Below, one piece after another: positions 12,501 to 22,901 of a stretch of DNA of 64,000 bases. Source of the stretch: Rhodospirillales bacterium. GTDB taxonomy: Bacteria > Pseudomonadota > Alphaproteobacteria > Bin95. The stretch is from the NCBI GenBank assembly GCA_038143065.1, contig JAYQLI010000035.1:416001-480000 (forward strand). The letters are read 5' to 3'. Numbering within the stretch: position 1 is the first letter of the stretch; each line of letters starts with the position of its first letter. Both the position numbers and the translations under genes were made by a program. Below the pieces are notes generated by a model. That model saw nothing but the letters and a program-made list of their open reading frames with translations. It was not told the DNA's origin and did no database searches.

Positions 12501-12686
12501 CTCGAGTTTCTTCAATTTTGTGAAAATGAGCAGGACCAGACCCGTGAAGTGTATGGAGATTGGACTTGGCTAGTTCCCCCAATTGGGGGGTCAGCAACAC
12601 CTCTGTTTTTAGATGGTTGGAAGCACGAAGAATTAAAACCCGCTCTCAGGATGCAGGAACCAGATTATCCATTGCCAGACCCCTAA
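9531..12686 (+). CDS. nos: Multidomain nitric oxide synthase: 2x cNMP-binding - BFD-like [2Fe-2S] - FNR-type FAD/NAD(P)H reductase - NOS oxygenase (about 4 apparent frameshifts near 9738, 11302, 11742, 12475)
   Basis: CNB2 motif FVGELGVLENAPRAATV. BFD motif CAC...CGGC. FNR motifs PGQH...RSYT, AGIGVTP and VCGP. NOS heme ligand WRNASRCIGR from 11759, in frame with ORF 11846. Also RIWNPQLMRYA, PFNGWYMGTEIGARNF, and after the last shift DHHSA and DWTWLVPP, ending at TAA 12684-12686. Confidence 0.88.
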
Positions 12687-12897
12687 CCCTTGGAGTTGTT
12701 CTCAAAAAAACTTGAGCTACGTGGTTCGCGGCATTTATAGCGCTCCCGGCTTTGCTGGCCGAGGACTGTGGATACTTAGGTCTCTAAAGAGCATGCGTGA
12801 ATTAAATTCTATGCTAAACAAGAGTGATTATCGGTGGAACAAGAAAAAGCTTTTGCTTGAGAAATTTACCTCAGGAAAAACACCTTGGAGATATGAA

Positions 12898-13644
12898 ATG
12901 GCATTTTCACCTAGAAAAGTTTTGAAATTTATTGGTCTACCGTTGCTAATCTCCGGAGTTAGCTTTTCTTCAGCACAGGCAAAAAATGATGGTGGCTATG
13001 TCGCTTCAATTGAGGCTGGATACGCGTACACCAAGGTCGATGGAAAAGATCAAACCTTTCCTTTAGACGGCGAATTAAACGGCTTGGATATTGATATTGA
13101 AATTAGATCTTTTGAAAATGTGGTGTTGGAGTTTGGTTATCGAAGAGATGAAGGCGAGTTCACAAGAACTGACGGACTCAAGACTGACTATAAAAGAGAT
13201 ATATTCAATATAGATGCCGGGTATAATTTTGCTCCCAAAGAGGCAACTAACGAAATTATTCCATTCATAGGTCTTACCTTAATAGATGCAAAAAACAGAG
13301 TAACTGTTGGTGGTGTTAACATCTTATCTACCCAAAATGCTCAAAAAGGACACTTAGGCCTTAGAGTTGGAAAGCGATGGGAAAAGGCATATGCATCGAT
13401 TTCAGGTGGGTGGGAATTAACCATTGATGAAGATCAAGAGGTGCCAACCGTTGGAATATCTCAAAAGGGTGAGGTGGAGAATTCATTTTTTCTAAAGGCT
13501 AAGATGTCCTATCAACTTACTGATATGCTGAGTATCGGGATCAAGCCTGAGTTCAGATATGATGATTTTGATCAAAAAAATGGTGCACGAAATGTGACCC
13601 AGGAAGAATATTCAGTGACAGTATTTACTGGGCTAAATTTTTAA
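12898..13644 (+). CDS. Putative outer-membrane beta-barrel protein
   Basis: Signal peptide ending SSAQA, alternating aromatic/Gly beta-strand pattern, C-terminal Phe (FTGLNF), GGAG RBS before the ATG at 12898. Confidence 0.7.
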   Translation: MAFSPRKVLKFIGLPLLISGVSFSSAQAKNDGGYVASIEAGYAYTKVDGKDQTFPLDGELNGLDIDIEIRSFENVVLEFGYRRDEGEFTRTDGLKTDYKRDIFNIDAGYNFAPKEATNEIIPFIGLTLIDAKNRVTVGGVNILSTQNAQKGHLGLRVGKRWEKAYASISGGWELTIDEDQEVPTVGISQKGEVENSFFLKAKMSYQLTDMLSIGIKPEFRYDDFDQKNGARNVTQEEYSVTVFTGLNF

Positions 13645-13805
13645 TCTTCTAAAAGAACGGTAGTATTACAACAGCAATGTTTTGTTGCTATGACGACCTC
13701 GCGGTGACCAATTTTTTCTGATTGAAATTGCGGCGTGGCTGATTAGTTGAATTTTCTATTGTGAGTCAGCACTGAACATATGTGTTGTCTGAGGAACAGT
13801 AACGC

Positions 13806-14415
13806 ATGGTTGTTTTTAAATCCTCTATTGATCTCAAGATTATATTGGCGGTGGACAAGTTACTTAAATTGATTGTCTTGAGCGCTATGTGTCTGCTCCT
13901 TGTTAGCAATATAGCGTTAGCAGAAAGCAGACATAGCCACGCTTCTTCAAAGCATATGCACCATCATGATGAAGTTAATATGCCTGGGCTTCGCGGCGAA
14001 AATGCTTCGGCTGAAGAGACTTCTGATTTGGCTGTCCTATTTAGGAACTTTGAGACCTTAAGTCGTGAGGTGGGAGAATCTTCCAAATGGGATCAAAACT
14101 GTAACACGCTCCTCCAATTCGAAGGTTATGGAAGTACTTGTGCGACATGCTGTGGGTATGATTGGGCGCGTGGAACGGAAAGATGATCCAAAGATTTTTA
14201 TCCAAAGTCCAACGCTCAATGCATTTTTCTTACATGGTGACCAAATAGACTCTGAGATTGAAATAACAGATGAGGGATTAGTTATCGTTCAGACTTCAAA
14301 TAATCCTGCACTGGTCAAGGCGCTACAGGTTCATGCTGCTGAAGTCAGTGCAATGGCTGATCGAGGTATGGCTGCTGTTCACGAGATGATGATGAAACAG
14401 CAACGCGGTCATTAA
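13806..14415 (+). CDS. Uncharacterised exported His/Met-rich protein; frameshift near 14072
   Basis: Signal peptide (IALA/ES), HSH..KHMHHHDEVNMPG, continuing as ENLPNGIKTVT...AVHEMMM in the next frame. Confidence 0.65.
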
Positions 14416-14481
14416 AAGAATATATCGTTTTCTTCTAGATTAAGTTACTAATCGCAACATAACTAACTAAACAGATCGAAT

Positions 14482-15221
14482 TTAGTATTTTAACGCGTAG
14501 AAAATTCTTCCAGCCATCTCCCGTACGAAAAAACTAGTGTCTTTGAGTGCCTCTGCGGTAGGAATGAAGTCAATCACCGTTAGCTCCTCGTTTCTTGTCT
14601 AAAGTCGACCGCAAAGGGTTCTACGTTCAGCCCGGCAGCTTCGAAAACCTGCTTGGCGCGCGGCATGTGAAAGGCTGATGTGACAAGGATTATGGTGGGA
14701 TTGGATTTCACAAGAAGCCTTGCTGTTTGAAATGCCTCTTGTTCCGTATTTTCAACCTTTCCTGTTAATATAATTTTTTCTGCATCTACTCCTTGGTCCA
14801 TTGCGATTTTCTTCAGAAAGCTGCCTTCCGGTTCGCCTAATGACCAAGGAAGTTTTCCCTGGGTTAATACCAGCCTTGGAGATTTACCTTTCTTCACGAG
14901 TTCAATGCCCGCAAAGATCCTATCGGATGCATCCGTCCATTCGTAATGAAGGCCCTCTTTAGCGTTTATGGTTCTAACCATGCCACTCAATACAACAATA
15001 GCATCTGCATCTGGCATCAGATCAATTTTTTCTAATCGATAACCTCTTTCTAAAAAATGGATGAGATTATTTGAAACAAAGGGCATTGAGAGAGTAATTG
15101 TTATAATTAACGTAAATATAGATATCCTTTTTGAATTCAAAAAAACCCCTATTAACATTAACAATATAATAAAAAATATAGGACTTATGAAAAAGGGAAG
15201 AATCTTATTTAAATAAATCAT
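14482..15221 (-). CDS. YdcF/ElyC (DUF218) family membrane protein; C-terminal frameshift near 14585
   Basis: N-terminal TM helices, DAIVVLSG, NTEQEA and LVTSAFHMPRA. The tail DFIPTAEAL..VREMAG..FY ends at 14482. Confidence 0.85.
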
Positions 15222-15228
15222 AAAATAA

Positions 15229-15828
15229 TTAACTCATGCTTGAAATTATTTTCACGCCAGGGCTTTGGGGCCACGCTACCATCTTATCATTAGCCACCCT
15301 ATGTCGCCCTAGGATCAACCATGGATCATCAACCGAACCTATAAATTTATCGACGCGGAAATAACCAGGGTTAGTTTCTGCAATATCGAGAGTGGTCAGT
15401 CCACTGTCATATTTTGATTGCAGGAGTCCTTCAGCAACAAGCATTATTGAATTAACAAAAATATGTTCTGGCCAATCTGATAGATCTGTATAGGCACGAG
15501 TAGCTTTTTGAAGAGCGAGTGTTTGAGGTTTTTCGATGGAGGAACGGGTTAATATTGCGAGGTCTTTGCTGGATGAAATGAATGTGTCCATGACATGGAT
15601 GCCATAATCAAAATGGGCTTTCGCCACGACATCGGAACAGTCTGGGTGGACAGCAGCTTGAACCAAGTAATCAGCGCTTCCTTGAGCGATCATTTCTAGA
15701 CCTTTAAAAAAATCGGTAATTAGATCTAGCTGTCCGTTAATGCCGTGAAAATTCATAAATCGTTGGGTTATTAGTTCGTGGTTAGTGCCAGAAGGGCCTA
15801 GTGTTACAAATATCGGTTTGCGTACCAT
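15229..15828 (-). CDS. Hypothetical protein with a prephenate dehydratase/BacA-like N-terminal motif (type-2 PBP fold)
   Basis: TLGPSGTNHE resembles the PDT start motif LGPxGT; no ACT domain is evident. Confidence 0.45.
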   Translation of the reverse strand: MVRKPIFVTLGPSGTNHELITQRFMNFHGINGQLDLITDFFKGLEMIAQGSADYLVQAAVHPDCSDVVAKAHFDYGIHVMDTFISSSKDLAILTRSSIEKPQTLALQKATRAYTDLSDWPEHIFVNSIMLVAEGLLQSKYDSGLTTLDIAETNPGYFRVDKFIGSVDDPWLILGRHRVANDKMVAWPQSPGVKIISSMS

Positions 15829-15904
15829 TGATGTTCCCTTTCGATTCAAACCAATTTACATTTTGGTTAAGCTTTTTAAACAAAGGTGATTGGGGGACGG
15901 ACTA

Positions 15905-16706
15905 GTGCGACAAGCAGATTGGTATTTTGATTTCATTTCACCTTGTAGTAATGAAACCGCATCGGGAAGGACGGGTGGTTTTTAGTTGCGGTAGTGACGC
16001 TGAAGTATTTATTAAAATTGGCTTTTCGTATCACTTTCCTTGCATACCTGCAATTCCATCAGTTATCGCGTCTACCTGAAGATGTCGAAGTAAGACTTAA
16101 ACCAACACTGTTCGCCGGCCTGTTAAATTTTTGGGGGCAATTAGGTCCAGCTGAAATCCCGGAAAAAAAAGGCATACGTTCCAATTGTGTCGCTGGAGAG
16201 CTGCCAGGACGGGACTAAAGTTCAAGGCGCCCCCAAGACATCCTTTTAATCCTCTTGCTACTCTTCGTTTAGCTATCGCAACTGGAGCTACAATGAAGTC
16301 AGTTGGAATTATATTCGATTATCTATGGTCTGAGGGACAAGACGCTCAAGATCCAGATAGTCTGAGAATTTTGGCCGATCGTCTTGGCGTTCAAGATTTG
16401 AAAACAGCTACTGGTGACGAAGCAGTCAAAATGGCGCTGAGATCAAATACCGAAGAAGCGTGCGCTGCGGGTGTTTATGGTGTGCCAAGCTTTGTTATTG
16501 ATGGTGTCTCCTTTTGGGGCGATGACATGATGGAAATGATGTTGGAGTGGTTAGATGATCCAAATATTTTGGATGATCCTGAATCACACCGCATCGCAAA
16601 TTTGCCAGCAGCTGCAGTGAGGCCGCGTCGTGGAGTTTCAGGTAACTCAAAAAACCATGCGTCTCAAGCGGTTGAGGGCATGGAACTAAAATCGATTGGT
16701 TTGTGA
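15905..16706 (+). CDS. 2-hydroxychromene-2-carboxylate isomerase / DsbA-like (GST kappa) protein; interrupted by a ~95-bp insert and a frameshift
   Basis: WYFDFISP at the start, AYLQF...PTLFAGLL, HPFNPL and NTEEA..GVYGVPSF...FWGDD motifs. Confidence 0.8.
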
Positions 16707-17919
16707 CGGTCTAATTTTTCTCCATTTTGGGGAGGGGATATTTTAGTCCAGTTGCACAATTGAATAACACGCATGTTTCATCTTTTGAGATTCTACCGTC
16801 GGCCCTTGCATCCTGATATGCCGCATAAGTCGCAGCTCCTTCTGGACATAGAAGAAAGCCTTCAGATTTTGCTGCTTTTTCGAGTGCAGCTTGTATTTTG
16901 GTGTCCGATACCGCGATTGCGAACCCATTTGATTCTCGCACGGCATCAAGAATAAGAAAATCACCAACAGCCTGCGGAACCCGGATGCCCATAGCGATAG
17001 TTTGAGCATCTTCCCAGCGTTTTGCATGCCGCTCATTAGCCTGAAAGGCGCGCACCATTGGAGCACACCCTTCCGCTTGTACAGCAACCATTCTCGGTCG
17101 TTTGGAACCTATGAACCCAATCTTTTCAAGCTCATCGAAAGCCTTCCACATGCCAATGAGACCAGTGCCTCCACCTGTAGGATACAAGATGACATCTGGT
17201 AACTCCCATCCGAATTGCTCTGCTAATTCTAGACCCATCGTTTTTTTGCCTTCGATGCGGTAGGGCTCTTTTAGGGTGGATGTATCAAACCAATCCATCT
17301 CCTCTTTGCCGTCACCCACAATTTTACCGCAATCGTCAATGTAGCCATTTACACGCCATGTTTTTGCGCCTTGTACCGCTATCTCGCGGAGATTTACTTC
17401 TGGAGTGTCTTCTGGTGCAAAAACATATGATTCAATTCCCGCCCTGGCACAGTAAGCCGCGAGAGCAGCACCAGCATTGCCGTTGGTTGGCATAGCCATT
17501 CTTTTTACGCCAAGTTCTTTAGCCATGGAGACTGCCATGACAAGTCCTCGAGCCTTAAAAGAACCAGTTGGGAGTCGACCTTCATCTTTAACGAAAAGTT
17601 GAGCAGAAGCACCTTCTGCTTTTTGCAAGTTTGGCATTGGTAGGATGGGCGTCATTATCCCGCCAATAGAAACGCAGTTTTCTTGATGGCGTACAGGTAA
17701 TAGTTCCCTATATCGCCAGAGGGTTTGTTCCCTTTTGAGAAGTGTCTCTTTAGTGAACGACCTTTTTACTTCTTCTAATTTATATCGGACCAGGAGGGGC
17801 TTACCCACTCGTGAAAGATTGTGAAGTGTATCCGCTTCATATTGCTCTCCTGTGTAGCTACACTCGAGGTGGCTTACAAAGGTTTGAGTTTTAGGAGCCG
17901 AAGCTAGCATCATTGTCAT
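16664..17919 (-). CDS. Threonine synthase-like PLP enzyme; C-terminal frameshift near 16715
   Basis: KDEGRLPTGSFKARG (PLP Lys), EGKKTMG, YPTGGG and CPEGAA. The tail KLDRHKPIDF reads in the shifted frame to 16664. Confidence 0.85.
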
Positions 17920-17961
17920 GGGTCTGAGTTCCTGAGCTTGGTCACAGAAGGAGAATACCCT

Positions 17962-19428
17962 TTGCGGATTGCGTTAGCGGGTTTTTGGTTAGAATCGGTT
18001 ACTTTTTTACCCGATCAAACCGGAATAGTGGAGTTCGAAAGAAGCGCAAAGCGCGGTAAAGAGTTAGTTGTAGGATTTCAAAATACCGCAACTCCACAAG
18101 GTGGGTTAATTGATGTATTAATTTCTGAAGGCGCGGAGGTTATAGGTATAGTCGACGCCGGTGTAGGTGCTGCGGCATCAGCTAGTGATGCTGCTTATAA
18201 AAAATATCTCTCTGAAATCATTGTAGGTCTTGATTCCATTAAGGAAGAAATTGATGGCGTGGCATTGCACCTTCATGGCGCACTTGCAACTCCCTCCAAT
18301 CGCAAAGCGGATGCTCATATATTAGAGGCTATTAGAGAAGTTGTTGGTCCTAAGATCCCAATTGCCTGTGCTATGGACTATCATGCAAATTTGGCACACG
18401 AGAGCATCACTGCGGTGGATATCATCACAGGCTTTAGATACTCTCCTCATACTGACATGTGGGAAACTGGAGCGCGGGCTGCTCGGCTTTTGGCAAGAAC
18501 TATACGGGGTGAGATTAATCCCGTCATGGCAATGGCAAAGCCAGGTATTGCGCTTCCATCAGTTTTCAGTGCCACACAACTAGAACCTTTATCAGAACTT
18601 GTTGCGTTCGCCGAAACATCTACTGGCGACGGGACTTTATTGGATTGTTCCTTCTTTGGCGGTTTCTCTTATGCCGATACCCCCGATACTGGAATCTCTG
18701 CACTTGCTGTTGCCGATAGTGATGCTGAAGTAGCCAATAATTGGGTTCAAAGCATGGCGGCAAAGTGCTGGGAATTGAAAGACCAATTATTTAGAGAAGA
18801 CTTAATCCATGACGTTGAGAAAGGAGTAGAATATGCGCTGAAGCTCAAGCAATGCAGTAATAAACCTGTCTGTATTCTTGAACATGCTGATCGATTGAAC
18901 GATAGCACATACGTTTTAAAGGAATTACTAAAGAAAGGTGCAACAAAAGTTTACGCACCTTTCATGTTTGACCCCGACTTAGCTGATTTAGCTAATCAAG
19001 CGGGAGTAGGAGCTAGAATAGAACAACCCATGTTCGGTAAGTCTAGCTCACGTGCAGGTGGTGCAATCAATGCATCGGCCAGAGTGCTTTGGGCTGGCCA
19101 GCTTAAATTTCCGATTACGGGCCCTTTAAAGACTGGAATGGAAATTGATCTCGGGCCAACAGCTTTAATTGAATTACAAGGTATTCTTATCTCAGTAATA
19201 TCTGTTCAGTGGTCGGCCATCGATATGGATTGTTTTTATCAATTTGAGGGTCTGAAGCCCGAAGATTTCGATATCATTCTTTTGCGGTCTAAGACCCATT
19301 TCAGAGAAATATACGAGCCAATGTGTTCTGAAATCGTTATTATAGATACTCCTGATTGGGGCCCAGCAAAACTGAGTGCATTGCCCTATGAATTCCTTCC
19401 TAAAGGAGTTTTTCCTGTAACCATTTAA
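17962..19428 (+). CDS. M81 family metallopeptidase (MlrC-like)
   Basis: LHGA, DYHAN, YSPHTD, GFSYAD and SKTHFR motifs typical of the MlrC family. Confidence 0.85.
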   Translation: MRIALAGFWLESVTFLPDQTGIVEFERSAKRGKELVVGFQNTATPQGGLIDVLISEGAEVIGIVDAGVGAAASASDAAYKKYLSEIIVGLDSIKEEIDGVALHLHGALATPSNRKADAHILEAIREVVGPKIPIACAMDYHANLAHESITAVDIITGFRYSPHTDMWETGARAARLLARTIRGEINPVMAMAKPGIALPSVFSATQLEPLSELVAFAETSTGDGTLLDCSFFGGFSYADTPDTGISALAVADSDAEVANNWVQSMAAKCWELKDQLFREDLIHDVEKGVEYALKLKQCSNKPVCILEHADRLNDSTYVLKELLKKGATKVYAPFMFDPDLADLANQAGVGARIEQPMFGKSSSRAGGAINASARVLWAGQLKFPITGPLKTGMEIDLGPTALIELQGILISVISVQWSAIDMDCFYQFEGLKPEDFDIILLRSKTHFREIYEPMCSEIVIIDTPDWGPAKLSALPYEFLPKGVFPVTI

Positions 19429-21023
19429 GCGCCAGCTAAGATTGCAGCGGAAATTTTTCAGCAATCATAATGGTGGGCGCGTTCGTATTTCCTGAAATAA
19501 CGGTTGGCATAACGGACGCATCAACCACACGAAGCCCAGCAATACCTCGAACTTTGCAGGTAAGATCTACAACGGCCATGGGATCAGAGTCTGCTCCCAT
19601 GCGACACGAGCTTGCTGGATGCCAATTTGAAGCTCCTATTTCTTTTGCATAAGCTAAAAACTCATCATCGGTTTTGACATCTGCGCCTGGTGTCATTTCG
19701 TAGCCAAAGAATGGTTTAATAGCCTCTGTTTCCATCAACTTACGGCTAAAACGCATTGCTGTTACGGCTGACTTTTCATCTTCAGGGGTACCCAATACGT
19801 TTGTTAGAATGGACGGTGATTGCTTAGGGTTTGATGACGTGGCATGCACGGATCCACGTGCTTCTGGCCGAAGTAAAGTTGGTCCTAATGTTACACCTGG
19901 TTCTTTATCTAAAGTTCGGTCACGAATTGAAACATAAGTTCCCGGAAAGAATTGAAGTTGTACATCTGGTGTTGCAATTTCAGGTCGTGTTTTAAAGAAA
20001 GCATTCACTGGATTAGTGGGATTTGTAAGAACACCTGTTCTTGAAAAAATATATCTAGCCCCTTTAAAGAGCCCTGAGCCCATGAACTCTTTCATTGTAG
20101 GTATTCAGGTTTCCTTTTTTAGGCGCCAACGCATCCGAAAAATTTGATGGTCATGCAGATTTTTCCCAACGCCTGTAAGAGAATGTAATGGTGTTATGCC
20201 GGCAGACTTAATTATCTGTGGATCGCCAATGCCGGATAGCTCCAGAAGGTGTGGGGAGCCATATGCACCACATGAAACTATAACCTCACGGCTGGCATGT
20301 TGAACGCCCTTAATTTCATAAACTAAACCGGTCGCTTGTTTATCGTTAAGGATAACGTGATGTGCGAGTGCGCCAGTAGCTACTTGAAGATTTGGCCTTT
20401 TTGAGCTGGCTTTAAAAACGCTGCCGCGGTCGAATTCTCTTTCCTTTGGAAATTGTAACTTGAGCATAGCCAATTCCTTCTTGCTCTGCCCCGTTAAAAT
20501 CGGGATTTTCTGGCAAGCCTAATTCCTTGCCAGCAGCGATCATAGCCTTTGAGAATTCTGTTTGCTCGGTAAGGTCTGATACTGTGAGAGGGCCGCCGAT
20601 ACCATGATAGTCATCAGCTCCGCGCTCGTTATTTTCTGCTTTCTTAAAATAAGGTAAGACATCTTCATAAGCCCAGCCTCGGCATCCAAGCTGGGCCCAA
20701 TGATCGTAATCCGCAGCCTGACCGCGCATATAGATCATCCCGTTGATTGATGAAGAGCCTCCTAGAGTTTTCCCGCGTGGCAGGAAGTCTTTTCTTCCAT
20801 TGAGGTTAGGCTCAGGTGCACTCTCAAATAGCCAATTCACATTTGGATTTTGGAGTGTCTTTCCAAATCCAAGAGGCGTATGGATCCAAAAATTTTTATC
20901 TTTGGGCCCAGCCTCTACCAGTAGAACGTTATTGGCTGGATTTTCTGAAAGGCGATTTGCTAATACACAGCCAGCTGAACCCGCACCGACAATAATAAAA
21001 TCAAATTCTTCAGCCAATTTCAC
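19425..21023 (-). CDS. GMC oxidoreductase (choline dehydrogenase-like); several frameshifts
   Basis: GAGSAG, RGKTLGGSSSINGM, GVGKNLHDH and LRVVDASVMP..GNTNAP motifs. Confidence 0.9.
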
Positions 21024-21030
21024 CAGCTTT

Positions 21031-21903
21031 TCATGCTGCGATGACCGGCCCATCACCAACAATGGTCGTTCGGTGCATTACACGCCGTTCCATTGGGTCA
21101 TGAGGGGTGACGAGATGCATAGTGCATCGGTTGTCCCAGAGCACCATATCATCTGTTGTCCAAGAATGACGGTAAACGAAGCGATCTTGCTCTGCGAAAG
21201 CAGTTAATTCTTCGATTAAATCCGAAGCTTCTGCGTTATCCATACCTTCAATTTCGTCATTGTATATAGGACTGATAAATAGTGACTTTTTCTGAGTAAT
21301 TGGGTGCCGTCTGACCATGGGCTGCCAGACAGGGGGCATAGCTTCGCGCTCTTCTGACGATGCTTTTTTTGCATGCGCTATACGACTTAGTTTGTCGAAA
21401 TCATGGCAAGCACTACGCCCCTCAACTTTTTCTTTTAAATGGGGCGGGAGTTCCGAATAGACCGCATACATGATTATAAAACAGGTTACCCCACCAGTTC
21501 TTGAGATTTCTATCCCATGTAAAAGGGAGCCCATTGCTGGGTTTTGACGATAGCTTGAGTCTGTATGCCATTTTCTCGCACTACCCAGCTGCTGCATAGT
21601 GGGATGTTGAGGCATCATAAGATTTCCGTCGTCATCTACATTGGAAACACGGAAGATTTCAGGGGCTTTACGTGATTTAATAATGTTTTGATGAAATACC
21701 TCGGGTTCACCAAACGCACGTGTTGCCGCAACATGTTCTTCATCAGTTACCGGTTGGTCTGGGAAGACTAATACAAGGTTATCCATCCAAATATGATTTA
21801 ATTCTTCCATGACGTCAGCAGACATCGGCTGACGAAAATCCACACCGCGCACTTTAGCGCCAATTAATGGATGCAATTTTTCAACGTCTAAGGTCATTTC
21901 CAA
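21031..21903 (-). CDS. TauD/TfdA Fe(II)/2-oxoglutarate dioxygenase
   Basis: WHTD, RRHP and WDNRCTMH...R.MHR motifs. Confidence 0.9.
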   Translation of the reverse strand: MEMTLDVEKLHPLIGAKVRGVDFRQPMSADVMEELNHIWMDNLVLVFPDQPVTDEEHVAATRAFGEPEVFHQNIIKSRKAPEIFRVSNVDDDGNLMMPQHPTMQQLGSARKWHTDSSYRQNPAMGSLLHGIEISRTGGVTCFIIMYAVYSELPPHLKEKVEGRSACHDFDKLSRIAHAKKASSEEREAMPPVWQPMVRRHPITQKKSLFISPIYNDEIEGMDNAEASDLIEELTAFAEQDRFVYRHSWTTDDMVLWDNRCTMHLVTPHDPMERRVMHRTTIVGDGPVIAA

Positions 21904-21909
21904 AGTCTC

Positions 21910-22857
21910 TTACTCGTCAACAAACTCAAAGCCCATAGCGCGGGCGTGATAATAGAAGCCCCCATCTTGTACTATGAGAAAGAAGCAACGCTCATCACCT
22001 GCGTTGGTATGGCTATGAACGGATACGGGTGGGGTGATGGTCGTCGCAAAAGGGGACCAGTCCTTTCTTTTGCCATCTACTGTTGAGTAGCAATTTTTTC
22101 CTTTGACTACGAGCGACACAGCTACTGAATTGTGCCTGTGTGGTCGCTGCGTAACGCCTGGATCCAGGGTGTTCATCGCGACGGTTAAAGTTGGTAGCGC
22201 GTTCCGGCTCGCTTCTTGGACATCTGATGAAATTATTAGTGCCGTCCCAGGTATTTCGGCATCTTTACCGATTTCATAAAGATAATCGATCTGCCGCTCT
22301 ATTTCTTCGGCCGTGCAATGAACGACGGGTGTAGGTGCGTCTCCAAGAGCAGGGGGCTGTGCATGCTCATGTCTAAATTGCGGCTCATTAGTCACTATCC
22401 ATAGGACAGCATCATCGTTTGCCGAGTGGGCGTGGTGTACGCCTCCCGGTGTGATAAATAAATCTCCGGTATTCCATTCGATTATTTCATCACCAATAAT
22501 AGTTTTTCCGGAGCCTTGAATAACATACTGCACGGCTCCACTCGCCCGTGGCGTAGTTTCCCACGTATCCCCCGCCTTTATCTTTGCATACCCAGCCAAT
22601 ACAAGGGGGGAGGTCGCCGGAAAGCCACATTCCATTACATTTGAGGCATCGCAGGGAATAAAACCTGTTGCTGTTTTGGAGCTAAGGGCTTTTTCAGGTT
22701 CCGCGCTGAAAGCTGTATCCGGCACTGGCGGTAGGATCACATTGAAGGCATTCCCGGGGTTAAAAAACCGCGCTCTGGCTTGTGCTTCTGTCTTTGGGGA
22801 TTGTGCGTGCTGAGCTGGCAGATCACCGATTGTAATTGGGGTAGTGCTGTCGGGCAT
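21910..22857 (-). CDS. Bicupin, gentisate 1,2-dioxygenase-like
   Basis: GDLFITPG..HHAH in the first cupin; QRPHRHN...HSH in the second. Confidence 0.75.
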   Translation of the reverse strand: MPDSTTPITIGDLPAQHAQSPKTEAQARARFFNPGNAFNVILPPVPDTAFSAEPEKALSSKTATGFIPCDASNVMECGFPATSPLVLAGYAKIKAGDTWETTPRASGAVQYVIQGSGKTIIGDEIIEWNTGDLFITPGGVHHAHSANDDAVLWIVTNEPQFRHEHAQPPALGDAPTPVVHCTAEEIERQIDYLYEIGKDAEIPGTALIISSDVQEASRNALPTLTVAMNTLDPGVTQRPHRHNSVAVSLVVKGKNCYSTVDGKRKDWSPFATTITPPVSVHSHTNAGDERCFFLIVQDGGFYYHARAMGFEFVDE

Positions 22858-22901
22858 GTTTAAGCTCCAAAGTTTAAGAAGAAATACTGTTGCAAAGCAT
22901 A

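Noticed and set aside
16664-17919. Definite thrC or cysteate synthase call
   Set aside because: The family is clear, but the specific function cannot be resolved without phylogeny.
17962-19428. Microcystin degradation locus
   Set aside because: Only a generic M81 family member; no mlrA/B/D.
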